The position numbers and the translations under genes are program-made. From positions 27,272 through 91,271 of IMG/VR virus record IMGVR_UViG_3300045946_000018: DNA of 64,000 bases. One strand, written 5' to 3'. The DNA comes from a virus. A model generated the notes under the pieces. It saw only the letters and a program-made list of their open reading frames with translations, was not told the DNA's origin and ran no database searches. This document shows, in pieces, positions 1 to 10,100 of the stretch. Each line of letters begins with the position of its first letter. The first letter of the stretch is position 1.

Positions 1-41
1 CCGAAAGTGTCGAAAGGAAATGTTAACAAGGAATAAGAGTA

Positions 42-578
42 ATGCCACGGAAGAGAAGTGCTAAACCCACAGACGATGATTTTCGTTGGGATTCAAGTAA
101 GCCTCCATTGCTTATGGAGAAAACTGCCGAAGAAACCAGAGTAATTAAACCGAACCACTTTTCTGAAGGAAAAGTCATGCCTATTATTGATTTCTCAGAC
201 ATGGGACTAGACGATCTGCCAGAACTGAAGATACTGCCCGCCGGCACTGAGGCGAAACTGAGGATACTTGACGTTAGCATCAAGCCAGATCGTAATGGTG
301 ATGAGATGCTACAGATACGGTTGGATGTAGCTGATGAACCTAACGTGAAGGAAGTGTACTGGCAATGCCACTTCCCTAAGGCGAGTATGAATGACAAGAG
401 AGTGTTCATGCTGAAACAGTTTCTTAGTGGATTCTGCGAAGCATTTGAGATCGACAAGACAGCAGCAAATGATACTAATGATTGGGTCGGTAAGGAAGGC
501 TGGGCGATATTAGGAGTAAGAAGTGATCCTAAATATGGTGACTCGAATGAGGTTACTCGGTGGGTAAGAGGTCAGTAA
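42..578 (+). CDS. Putative phage ssDNA-binding protein (DUF669-like)
   Basis: Homologous to 47231-47731 (TEAKL, W.G.EG..ILGVR.D.KYG..N); the B copy follows an exonuclease and Sak4-like ATPase. Confidence 0.55.
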   Translation: MPRKRSAKPTDDDFRWDSSKPPLLMEKTAEETRVIKPNHFSEGKVMPIIDFSDMGLDDLPELKILPAGTEAKLRILDVSIKPDRNGDEMLQIRLDVADEPNVKEVYWQCHFPKASMNDKRVFMLKQFLSGFCEAFEIDKTAANDTNDWVGKEGWAILGVRSDPKYGDSNEVTRWVRGQ

Positions 579-587
579 GTTAGCTTT

Positions 588-613
588 GAGGAGGAGGCTG
601 CGGCTTCCTCCTT
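588..613 (+). terminator. Stem-loop after SSB gene (TGCG loop)
   Basis: gaggaggaggc-tgcg-gcttcctcctt; equivalent hairpin at 47743-47788. Confidence 0.5.
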
Positions 614-630
614 TAAGGAGCGCGGCTACT

Positions 631-852
631 ATGCGACGCATAACCTTTGAGGTAACTGATGAACAGTATTGTAAGCTGAAGGATCATCTAGAGTACGGGC
701 TAATGAAACGCTTCTTTGGTGCACTCGTAGACGACACAGTCGTCATGCTAGATGAGTTTGGTGACTTGTTTATAATAGCGGTGCTATCAAAGCGGGTGAG
801 TTACCGGCAGATAATGGAGGATAAAAATGCTTTGGTTAAAAGTCAACCGTAA
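631..852 (+). CDS. Small protein, possible ribbon-helix-helix DNA binder
   Basis: AAGGAG SD at 615-620 before ATG 631; RITFEVTDEQY matches RITVEVSEHQY in 47802-48041. Confidence 0.6.
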   Translation: MRRITFEVTDEQYCKLKDHLEYGLMKRFFGALVDDTVVMLDEFGDLFIIAVLSKRVSYRQIMEDKNALVKSQP

Positions 853-887
853 CGCACAACCGAAGCACAACGTGCGCTGCCTGCCAC

Positions 888-1055
888 CAGCTGCTCTCTG
901 TACTACCAGCGCGGTCGTTTTTCTTCCGAAGGGTGGCGCCTTTTCCCTGCGCGAAGGGAGTGTTTGTCAAGGCACTGCCTCCAGCGAAGCGGCCTTGACA
1001 AGCAAACGACCGAAGTGCTATAATCACTAGCCACCTTGAGGAAAGGAACGAGCTG
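888..1055 (+). promoter_or_regulatory. Structured hairpin element with embedded sigma70 promoter (TTGACA 995-1000, 18 nt, TG-c-TATAAT 1019-1024)
   Basis: Stems 912-920/1004-1012 and 961-973/992-1004; GCGAAGC apex. Confidence 0.7.
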
Positions 1056-1060
1056 TAATT

Positions 1061-1270
1061 ATGGCGAACATAGATGACCTATCCATTCCAAGCCTCGAAT
1101 CTCAAGGCTTGCAATTAATTCTCACCATACGTGAGCGTAGACGATTCACGCCTGAGAAAGTACGCGAGAAGAAACTCCCGTCAGAAGCTATGCTCAATAA
1201 ACTGAGCGATAAACAGCTCGCTGATCTCTATTATACTCTAGCAGCCAAGATGCAAAAGGAGTTACTGTGA
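1061..1270 (+). CDS. Hypothetical protein
   Basis: Homologue at 48053-48277 (NI.DL.IP...L.LIL..R.RRR). Confidence 0.7.
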   Translation: MANIDDLSIPSLESQGLQLILTIRERRRFTPEKVREKKLPSEAMLNKLSDKQLADLYYTLAAKMQKELL

Positions 1271-2607
1271 AACTAGGAATCCTGCGCGTTGTTCCGATGT
1301 CTCAAATTGAAGTTGATCTAGATGCACGTGGGCGTCAGGCTTATGGTATTATACCTGAACTTGCAGCGTCCATACAGAAGCATGGACTAATTCACCCCAT
1401 TGCAGTGTACTCAGCAAATGGTGAGCCACCATATAAACTTGTTGCTGGTGGGCGTCGATTTATGGCTTGCACTGCACTGAAATGGGAAGAGATTAGTTGC
1501 CGCATATATGACACGCCAATGACTGAGCTGGAATTGAAGGCAGTTGAATTATTCGAGAATCTTGACCGTATGAATTTGAACTATGATGAAGAAGTGAAGA
1601 TGAAAGAGAAGCTTCATCTAACACTGGTTGAAATTCACGGTAGGAAAATAGCAAAGACTGCAGATGCACCTGGACACTCAATACGTGATACGGCACGAAC
1701 ACTTGGTGTTAGTCATGCTACAGTCATACAGGATATGAAACTCGCTGAAGCAATGCGCATTCTGCCTGAACTTGAATTGGATAAGGAGAAAAATAAGTCA
1801 GCTGCGATGAAAAAGCTGACACGATTTGCGAATGTTATCAGTAATAAGATGGCTGTGTCTGAAGCTAAGAAAGACGCCGTCCTTTCAGGCAGAATGACAA
1901 GCCCGGATGATCCACTCGCAGCCTACATAGTAGGAGATTTCTTCGAGAATAAACTCGCACCTAATCAGTTCAATTTTATAGAATGCGATCCGCCGTATGG
2001 AATTGATCTACCAGAGCAGCGAGCTGATGGTGAAACTGATTTCAGTTTGCAGCATGATTATAAGGAAATTTCTGGCCCGGATTATTTAATGTTCTTGAAT
2101 AAGCTGCTCGAAGAATGCTACAAACTAGCGGCAGAGAATGCCTACATTATCCTCTGGTGCGGCCCGCAGCATTTGAATAGGGCACTGGACGCAATGAAGC
2201 GTGCAAAGTTCTCTACTGTTCATATACCTGGAATCTGGAAGAAAGGTGAAAGTGCTGGTCAGGCAATGGGCATGAGAACGAACCTTGGAAATGCGTATGA
2301 GATGTTTGTCTATGGACGTAAAGGTAATGCAGAGTTACGCAAGCAGGGCCGCTCAAATATATTTGACTTTAATGGAGTGCCATCATCACAGCGTATTCAT
2401 CCTACAGAAAGACCACGGGCGCTAATGAAGGAACTCATTGATACCTTCGCTTGGCCCGGGTCAAATATACTAGTTCCATTCGCAGGAAGTGGAGTTACAA
2501 TAGTCACGGCATTTGAACAGGGACATAAAGCCGTTGGCTACGATCTCAGTCAGAATTTCTACAATGCGTACGTGAAGCGTTTAGTTGAGGAGGTAACGGC
2601 TAAATGA
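1267..2607 (+). CDS. ParB-CTPase/HTH domain fused to N6A/N4C DNA methyltransferase
   Basis: GLIHPI, AGGRR, ENLDR ParB motifs; HTH SIRDTARTLGVSHATV; MTase DPPY, HPTERP, PFAGSG. Confidence 0.85.
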   Translation: MKLGILRVVPMSQIEVDLDARGRQAYGIIPELAASIQKHGLIHPIAVYSANGEPPYKLVAGGRRFMACTALKWEEISCRIYDTPMTELELKAVELFENLDRMNLNYDEEVKMKEKLHLTLVEIHGRKIAKTADAPGHSIRDTARTLGVSHATVIQDMKLAEAMRILPELELDKEKNKSAAMKKLTRFANVISNKMAVSEAKKDAVLSGRMTSPDDPLAAYIVGDFFENKLAPNQFNFIECDPPYGIDLPEQRADGETDFSLQHDYKEISGPDYLMFLNKLLEECYKLAAENAYIILWCGPQHLNRALDAMKRAKFSTVHIPGIWKKGESAGQAMGMRTNLGNAYEMFVYGRKGNAELRKQGRSNIFDFNGVPSSQRIHPTERPRALMKELIDTFAWPGSNILVPFAGSGVTIVTAFEQGHKAVGYDLSQNFYNAYVKRLVEEVTAK

Positions 2608-2816
2608 TAGATGCTGATAGAACACTTATATTACTTAGACAAATAGAATCTCTAAGTAGAGAAGGCAAATTAGTAATTGCTGGATCACTGATAGATGCAC
2701 TATATCCGAAGCCTATTCCCGAAATGGATTTAGATATAGTATTTGCGTGCAAGCAAAAAGTGCTTAGTTGGATAGCACAACAACTAGGAGATAATGATGC
2801 CTTACGTTCCAGCTGA
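2604..2816 (+). CDS. Hypothetical protein
   Basis: GAGG SD, overlaps neighbours in operon style. Confidence 0.5.
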   Translation: MIDADRTLILLRQIESLSREGKLVIAGSLIDALYPKPIPEMDLDIVFACKQKVLSWIAQQLGDNDALRSS

Positions 2817-5280
2817 TGGATCACTCAACTCCAAAATAGCTATTGTTGGCGAGCAGCCGGCAAAGTACGAAGCTAGATACAGCAAGCCATTTACTGGCCC
2901 CGCCGGTCGTAATCTAAATGAGTGTTTGCAGAATGCTCGCATACCACGAGGTGGTTGTTATCTGACGAACGTAGTGAAACAAACTGAGTTTGAATTAGAA
3001 CGCTATTTTAATTTGAAGGGTAAGAATCCTGCCGCGACGCAGCTAGGAAAGGCGTGTATAGAGGAGCTACGTGATGAGCTTATGGATTGTCGCGCTAACA
3101 TCATTGTGCCTCTTGGCAATACTGCATTGTTCGCTCTATGTGATAGAACTGGCATTAATAGTTGGCGTGGAAGTGTGCTTGAGTCTACGCTTTTACCAGG
3201 GCGCAAAGTCATTCCTACATTGCATCCAGCTGTGTATACAGATGAGAAGGTACTACAGAACCCAGCTGCATACCTGGCTAAATATCTAATTACTATAGAC
3301 CTTAAGAAAGTCCGTAGTGAGTCTGAATTTCCGGAGATTCGCTTAGCGGACAGAAGATTGAGGATCCAGCCAAACTTCTATGAAGCGCTTACATGGCTGG
3401 AGCGTTGTAAGGTACGTGCTGAGGATGGTGGAATTGTATACTATGATATAGAGTTAACACCAAAGACCCAAGAACTGAGTTGTATTAGCTTCTGCACATC
3501 GCCCGATGATGTAATGTGCATACCATTTGTAGATGCAAACGGAGACTATTTTACTGCTGAGCAAGAATACAAGCTAATGTTGAGCATTGAAGAATTGCTC
3601 AGCAATTCCAGCTGGATGAAAGGGGGACAGAATATTATCTTCGATTCGCACTTTCTATTACGCAAGTATGGTATACGCACTCGTAATATTGTTGCTGACA
3701 CTATGGTAGCTCAGCATATACTCTACCCAGATTTCGGAGGTAAAACGTACCGTGGAAAATCACTTGAATTTATTACGTCAATGTGGACGGATATACCTTA
3801 CTACAAACGTGACGGAAAGTTGTGGCTCACTGGCATAGGCGACTACGCCAAGGGCTGGAATTATAACTGCCTAGATAGCGCAGTATGCGCTGATGCGTTT
3901 CCTAAACAGCTCACCGAGCTCGAAGAGCGTGGTAATTACGACTCGTATGAGCGACAAATAAAACTCATTGGACCTCTGAGTTATATGATGGAGCGTGGAA
4001 TTAAAGTGGATAAAGAAGGAATGGAGCGAGCGTCCAGAGATGCTTTGTTAGAAGCTGATGAATTAACGCAACAAACGTTCGAGGTTATGGGCAGCTCGGC
4101 CTTTAACCTAAATAGCCCGCAGCAAGTAGCGGAATACTTTTATGGTAAGTGTGGAGTTACACCTTATTTAAATAAGAATGGCAAGCCTACTACAGATGAG
4201 GAGGCATTAACACGCATAGCGAATAAGGGATTTAAAGAAGCTAGTATGATCCTCGAGATTCGACGTTTACGTAAGAAGGCATCAACATTTCTAAATGTCG
4301 AGAACGTTGACGATGATGGTAGGATGCGATGTAGCTACAATCCAGTAGGTACACGATTCTCGCGGATTAGTTCGAGTGCAAATATATTCGGTACTGGTGG
4401 AAACTTACAAAATGTACCACATGATGTACTGAGTTATTACGTCGCAGATTCTGGATACGTAATTTATTCACTTGATATGTCGCAGATTGAGGCGCGCATT
4501 GTCGCGTACGTTGGAAACATCACTCAAATGAAGGAAGTATATGAACAAGGTCTGGATATACACAGACAAACGGGAGCACTCATTTTTAATAAGCCTTACG
4601 ATGAAGTCAGTAACGCACCTGGATCGAGTACCATTGGTAATGGAACTTACAGTGAGCGCGATTGGGCAAAGCGTGCCAACCATGCTTTCAATTACGGTTT
4701 TGGTTACAAGTCTTTCAGCTTGCTATATGAAATCCCTGAAAAAGAAGCTAAGTTCATTTATGATAGATACCATTCTGCTTATCCAGGACTTAGAGGTGGA
4801 TACTGGAAGTATGTAGAAGGGTTGCTTAAGGCAACCCGTACGCTCACTAATCTATTTGGTAGAAGAATTACGTTCCTAGGAAAGCTTGATGATAAATTGC
4901 TCAATGAAGCTTACTCGTGTATACCGCAAGGAACATGTGGAGACCTAGTAAATGAGTGGGGATTGAACTTCGTTTATTATAACTCAGATGCGTTGTTCCA
5001 ACGCGTGGAGCTGTTAACTCAAGTACATGATTCAATTAGTATACAAGTGCCGCTGGATTTGCCACTGATAGATCACGCACGTATCTTGACTGCGATTAAG
5101 CGTTCTCTAGAACAGCCGCTGGAGTTCGGCAGAACCCAGTTTGTCGTGCCTGTTGATCTGGTAGTAAATAGTTGTCTCAACAAGAACAAAGGTATAGAGC
5201 TGAAAGGCACGAAGTTTAGTAATGATCCTCGTGTACTGGAAGTGTATTTACAGGACGCTATTCTAACACTGGGAGTTTAA
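2794..5280 (+). CDS. polA: Family A DNA polymerase with N-terminal uracil-DNA-glycosylase-like domain and 3'-5' exonuclease
   Basis: IVGEQP/PFTGPAG/LHPA UDG motifs; YDIE, NIIFD, YNCLD exo motifs; DMSQIEAR, KRANHAFNYG, QVHDS polymerase motifs A/B/C. Confidence 0.92.
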   Translation: MMPYVPADGSLNSKIAIVGEQPAKYEARYSKPFTGPAGRNLNECLQNARIPRGGCYLTNVVKQTEFELERYFNLKGKNPAATQLGKACIEELRDELMDCRANIIVPLGNTALFALCDRTGINSWRGSVLESTLLPGRKVIPTLHPAVYTDEKVLQNPAAYLAKYLITIDLKKVRSESEFPEIRLADRRLRIQPNFYEALTWLERCKVRAEDGGIVYYDIELTPKTQELSCISFCTSPDDVMCIPFVDANGDYFTAEQEYKLMLSIEELLSNSSWMKGGQNIIFDSHFLLRKYGIRTRNIVADTMVAQHILYPDFGGKTYRGKSLEFITSMWTDIPYYKRDGKLWLTGIGDYAKGWNYNCLDSAVCADAFPKQLTELEERGNYDSYERQIKLIGPLSYMMERGIKVDKEGMERASRDALLEADELTQQTFEVMGSSAFNLNSPQQVAEYFYGKCGVTPYLNKNGKPTTDEEALTRIANKGFKEASMILEIRRLRKKASTFLNVENVDDDGRMRCSYNPVGTRFSRISSSANIFGTGGNLQNVPHDVLSYYVADSGYVIYSLDMSQIEARIVAYVGNITQMKEVYEQGLDIHRQTGALIFNKPYDEVSNAPGSSTIGNGTYSERDWAKRANHAFNYGFGYKSFSLLYEIPEKEAKFIYDRYHSAYPGLRGGYWKYVEGLLKATRTLTNLFGRRITFLGKLDDKLLNEAYSCIPQGTCGDLVNEWGLNFVYYNSDALFQRVELLTQVHDSISIQVPLDLPLIDHARILTAIKRSLEQPLEFGRTQFVVPVDLVVNSCLNKNKGIELKGTKFSNDPRVLEVYLQDAILTLGV

Positions 5281-5283
5281 GAA

Positions 5284-5769
5284 ATGACAAACAAGGAATT
5301 TGCTAGATTCTGTAAATACTTCGTTGTAATGACAGACGACGCAGAACAAAGTCATAGAGTATGCTGGTTATGGATAGGTGCTTTAACGGAGGGATATGGA
5401 TTTCTTAAAGTCAAAGGTAAGAATATAAGAGCACACCGACTTATGTATGAGCACGTATATGGTGAGATAAAGGAAGATTACGTAATACATCATAAGTGTC
5501 ACAACAAGCGTTGTGTAAGCCCGTTTCATCTAGAAATGGTAACACGCGAACATAACGTTAGTGAAGCCCAAACTAAGACACATTGTAAGCGTGGACATGA
5601 GCTATCCGATGATAACGTACATATGTATAGAGACAAATACGGAAAGTTTAGAAGATACTGCAAGAAATGCGCTTCAAATTCAGCACGTAATAGATATGCG
5701 GCTCGTACTTTAGTTGATAAATTAACGGATGAAGATATAGCTAAATTGATGAGTCTAAAAGGAGAATAA
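5284..5769 (+). CDS. HNH endonuclease (free-standing, probably homing)
   Basis: CWLWIG..GYG, RAHR, HHKCHNKRCVSPFHL, THCKRGH; absent at the syntenic position in B. Confidence 0.85.
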   Translation: MTNKEFARFCKYFVVMTDDAEQSHRVCWLWIGALTEGYGFLKVKGKNIRAHRLMYEHVYGEIKEDYVIHHKCHNKRCVSPFHLEMVTREHNVSEAQTKTHCKRGHELSDDNVHMYRDKYGKFRRYCKKCASNSARNRYAARTLVDKLTDEDIAKLMSLKGE

Positions 5770-5771
5770 GA

Positions 5772-6971
5772 ATGGCGAGACACTTGAGTAATTTCCTGGA
5801 TGCTTATCTCTACTTTACCGAAGAAACTGAGCCATGCGAGCTTTACCGCAAGTGGGTAGGAGTCAGCATTATTGCTGCAGCATTGCAGCGGAAATGTTAC
5901 TTGCATTGGGGCTCGCAGATTTGGTATCCTAATCTGTACATAGTATTAACCGGTCCTCCAGGTGAGCCGCGTAAGGGTACAGCTATGGCTTCTGGCTACA
6001 GCATTCTGAGACCGCTCAATCTAAAGCTATCTGCAGACCGACTGTCACCTGAGTATTTTATAAAAGAACTCAGTGCCTCACTCACTACAACGCAGCTGGG
6101 CAATGGTAAGTTTATAAATCACTGCAGTATGACAATCTTCAGCAGTGAGTTGACAGTATTTCTGGGATATAAGAACTCGCAGTTCTTAGCTGATTTAACT
6201 GACTTGTATGATTGTAAGGATCCATGGGCGTACAGGACTAAAAATAGTGGGCACTTTGAAGTAACAGGTGCATGGCTAAATATGTTGGCTGCAACCACAC
6301 CTGAGCAAATACAAGCAGCATTGCCAATTGAAGCAATAGGAGGTGGCTTTGCAAGTCGAGTGTTATTTATATTCGCTGATAGGAGAGGTAAAACTGTCCC
6401 TATGCCAATAGAGAACGAAGAACTTAAGGCGAAATTAAGAAGCGATTTAGAAGAGATTTCGTTGTTAGCTGGTCCATTTGTTGCTACAGAAGATTACATA
6501 CTCACTCGCACTGAGTGGTATTTGAACGAGTCTCAGGAGAACCAAATAATTCAGGATCCAAGATTCGCTGCGTATTATAGCAGGAAAGCGAGCACTGCAA
6601 CAAAGCTCAGTATGATACTCTGCGCGTCACGTAGCGACGATATGAAGCTGAGAGGTGAGGATTTCGTTAACGCAATCGATATGCTTAATGAAGCTGAGAT
6701 ACAAATGCCACGTGCATTAAGTGGCGTTGGTAGGAGTGATTATGCTGAGCTGCTTCCAATGGTAATGGAAGAAATACTGAGACATAAAGAGGTGACTATA
6801 AGGTATTTGATGAACCGATTTTCGCACGATACGACGTACTTCCATTTGATTAAGATGGTAGAAACACTTGAGATTATGGGCGTTTTGAGTTACGCTCCAT
6901 TAACTAAGAAGATATATGCGAATCCTAACTTCGGGAATAGTTCGAGTGGAGAAAGTGCGGTTGTCAATTGA
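5772..6971 (+). CDS. DUF3987-like P-loop ATPase (putative replicative helicase)
   Basis: YPNLYIVLTGPPGEPRKGT Walker-A-like, LTDLYDC, GGFASR; homologue 53123-54283. Confidence 0.65.
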   Translation: MARHLSNFLDAYLYFTEETEPCELYRKWVGVSIIAAALQRKCYLHWGSQIWYPNLYIVLTGPPGEPRKGTAMASGYSILRPLNLKLSADRLSPEYFIKELSASLTTTQLGNGKFINHCSMTIFSSELTVFLGYKNSQFLADLTDLYDCKDPWAYRTKNSGHFEVTGAWLNMLAATTPEQIQAALPIEAIGGGFASRVLFIFADRRGKTVPMPIENEELKAKLRSDLEEISLLAGPFVATEDYILTRTEWYLNESQENQIIQDPRFAAYYSRKASTATKLSMILCASRSDDMKLRGEDFVNAIDMLNEAEIQMPRALSGVGRSDYAELLPMVMEEILRHKEVTIRYLMNRFSHDTTYFHLIKMVETLEIMGVLSYAPLTKKIYANPNFGNSSSGESAVVN

Positions 6972-7115
6972 GGCCGGAAGACTCCGCTGGACCGCTGCTG
7001 ATTATAGCACTTACGTTGCCTAATGCTGTCAAGGACCCGCTACGCTGGGGATCCTTGACAGCGGCAACTCCAGTGCAGAGAGTAGACGCGGTCCGGCGGA
7101 AAAATCTGCCGGCCT
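6971..7115 (-). promoter_or_regulatory. Rod-like hairpin element with minus-strand TTGACA (7027-7032), 20 nt, TATAAT (7001-7006)
   Basis: Nested stems 6971-77/7109-15, 6983-95/7088-7100, 7025-35/7052-62; GCGTAGC apex on minus strand. Confidence 0.7.
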
Positions 7116-7184
7116 GGAAGTATGGAGAGTTGCTGGCAGCCGCACTCCCGTTGGTCGTGAGTATGGTTAAAATCTAACCATAAA

Positions 7185-10100
7185 CTATCTTCTCTCACGT
7201 CTCTCTGAGCGTTCACGTCTCGCTCCTCTTGTTGGCTCCTGCGAATACCAGCCCATCAAACTGTCGTAAACATTCTCACCGCGCTTTTGTGCTCTAGTAA
7301 ACTTACTTATTTGACGGGTGCCAGGTACACCTAAAAGTGTAGCTGTTGGTTCCCACCACGGCGGGCTGAGTGGATCATTTCTGTAGGCGCGTGCAGCATC
7401 TCGTGCTGTTTCTATTGCAGGCCCGGCTATTCCTTTACCGTACCTCATGCCACCTATAATAGGCAGTCTCTCTATTTGTCCTACCGCCAAATCAAGCGCA
7501 AGTTGTGGTAGTGAATGTCTAGCCTGCATTCCTTTCCGCACATCTTCAACAGGATCAGGTAACGCTGGTTGAATGTGCAGCAGTTTGTACAACTCGTTAA
7601 TGATCTGGGTGATGATGAGGAATCCAATTACGTTGCGCATAAATCTCATATTACTGCGTGGTGCTCCAGGCTCTTCCCAACTGCCAGGACCACTGGCTAC
7701 TCCACCTGGAGGTATCTGCCCACCACCTCCACCACCAATCTTACCTTTAGTGAGCACTTCGTCTCGCAGGAAATTGAAGTCACTAATCAAGAACGTCTGG
7801 AATTGCGTGACAAGTTTACCTAATGGGTTACGCTGTATGCCTGCAAGATCGCCTGGCATCGTACTTCCTTGCGTACGCACCACAAGATCGTCTGCGTAGC
7901 GTACAGCATCCTTATGATTGTATCCGACCTTCGGACTCGTGGCGAACTTGTAGCCGGCGTTCCACGTAACAAGTGCAGCTTCCATATCCAGCAATTCAAT
8001 CAGCTTGAATCCTGGCCGGCCAACCATTTGCTGCAGTTCAGCTAAGTTACCTCTGCCTAAGGCACGAAATAATTCTCCTGGTCGTCTACCTACGAATGCA
8101 CTAGTAACTTCATTGTAGGCATCAATGAACTTACGTGAGCTGAGTATCTCACTGTTACGTAATGCGAAATCCTTCTTCTTGCCTAGTGGTAAATCGGCTA
8201 ACATCTCGAATGCTGATCCTAGTGTCTTTGGTATACCAAGTGTTTGGCTAGTATTTACCAATGTAGACAGCTGGATTGTACCTGATCTTATAAGCCCAGA
8301 TAGTGTAGCGTACGCAACGTTCTTGTTGACAGTATTTAGTATCATCCGCTGCGTTGCAGTGAATTGCTTGTTTGTACCGGTTGCAATATAGTCAGTCCAG
8401 TTACGTAGCTCTTCATACAGGCCTGGTTTATTGTCCTTAAGTTGCCACGTCTCTTTACCAGTAACAGGATCAGGTAAGTTAGTTTCAATAAGCTCATGCA
8501 TCTTCGCAATGAATGGACTCATGTGAATGTCCTTCAGCGCCGATTGAGCATAAGTATCAAGTATTTTTAGTGCGTTCATTTCGGCCGTGTAGAATGCATG
8601 CTTGCGTACAATGTACGGGAAGTTTGTTGCTCGATGTTTGATGTACTTTGCGTGCACAGAATCGGAAGTATCGCGGGCAAGATCTACTTTAATACCAAGC
8701 GCATTCAGCACGTTTATTGTGCGCGCGAAGGTTTGGTAGTCATCCACTCGTGCAAGTGGCTCACGTCCAGTTGCAGCACGTACTTCATTTACTCGATTAT
8801 ATAAGTAAGCATAAACACCATCAAGATTTGCCTGCAATCGCCGCTCAGCAGAAGTAAGCGGCTGAGGTGTGACCTTATTATATGTAAGTATTCGTTGCCC
8901 GTCTCCACCTTGACGCGCATAACCATTAGCGCCAATATTCTCTAGTGATTTTGAACTGAAGCCACGACCTAATTCTTCCATATCTGCGTGTAAAGTATTC
9001 AGCTCGGCATTCAGGTTCTTTTGTGCAGTGCGATACGCATAGTAGAGAAATTCTGTACCTGCTGCTTTGTGCTGGCGCAATGGTAGCTTTAAGTTCCACT
9101 CACCACCACCCGGCTTAATGTCACGTGCATTCTGAATGCCTCGCACCTCACTCTGCCACAAAGGTACGTACGTATTGCCACTTGCAACGCGCTGCTTAAC
9201 AACTCTATCTCCTGGAATTACGTTCTCAGGATCGAAGCGCATATTACGCGGATTCGTTGAGTTTGGAGGTTCAGGATTATTGATACCTTCTAGGTACCGC
9301 TCAAACATTGCTACATCTTCAGGACGTGCACCAAACAGAAATTCTCGTACGTTCTTTCCTGCCTTACGCATATCAGCTTGCAATCGCTGAGCGGCCATAC
9401 GTGCTTCACGAGACCAGTTACCTCCTATTGCACCTTCCTCACCAAGCATAGTATTCACATCATTCAGTATATCTATGAACGCCCTACGCTCAGACGTGTC
9501 AATGCCAGCTCTTGCTGATTCGCGCATAGCTTTGTAGTGAGGTATCAAATCAGCCGGCAATTTATCTGTAATATCCACGCCTTGCTCTATAGCACGTAAC
9601 ATTTCTTCTATTTGTTCCGGACCAATAGGTGATGTTTTACTCTCAACGTATGCACCTGCAGCGTCCTTAGAAATCGGGACAGCTCGTAGATCGTCACCAC
9701 TGTTAAGACGAGCATCAGTCCTGACAACGTCCTTAGGAACGAGTTCATAGTTCCTGCCCTTCATTACGTATAAATCAAGGTCATTCTCTGCAGCAACACG
9801 AGTTGCTTCACGTATCAGTTCTTGGCCAGTAAACTCATGTGCACGCTCGATTGGTAGACCAGTAAAATCAGCTTGTGCTTGTAAGGAACGTTTTAATACC
9901 TGCCCTAATTCAGGGCTCGTTCTTCCTCGCTGTATCTCAAGCTCAATATTTGCAAGTGATGTACGGGCGTTCATTCCTCTAGTATCAACGAAAATAGCAT
10001 CAGGCCTGCCTTCTATAGTACGTACTTGTATTGGTGCTGATGATATAAGCTCTGTGTACTTAAAGGGTAATATAGATGCCTTAGCACTGGGTTCTAAATT

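Noticed and set aside
827-1030. Track ORFs over hairpin elements (827-1030, 836-1027, 6968-7177, 12707-12889, 14500-14697, 28033-28257, 41836-42021, 59460-59732)
   Set aside because: No counterparts in the sister phage, mostly no SD, and GC-rich inverted repeats readily give stop-free frames
7165-7179. GGTTAAAATCTAACC as integron attC core sites
   Set aside because: GTT and AAC boxes are adjacent and in the wrong order, do not bracket the hairpins, and no integron integrase is present
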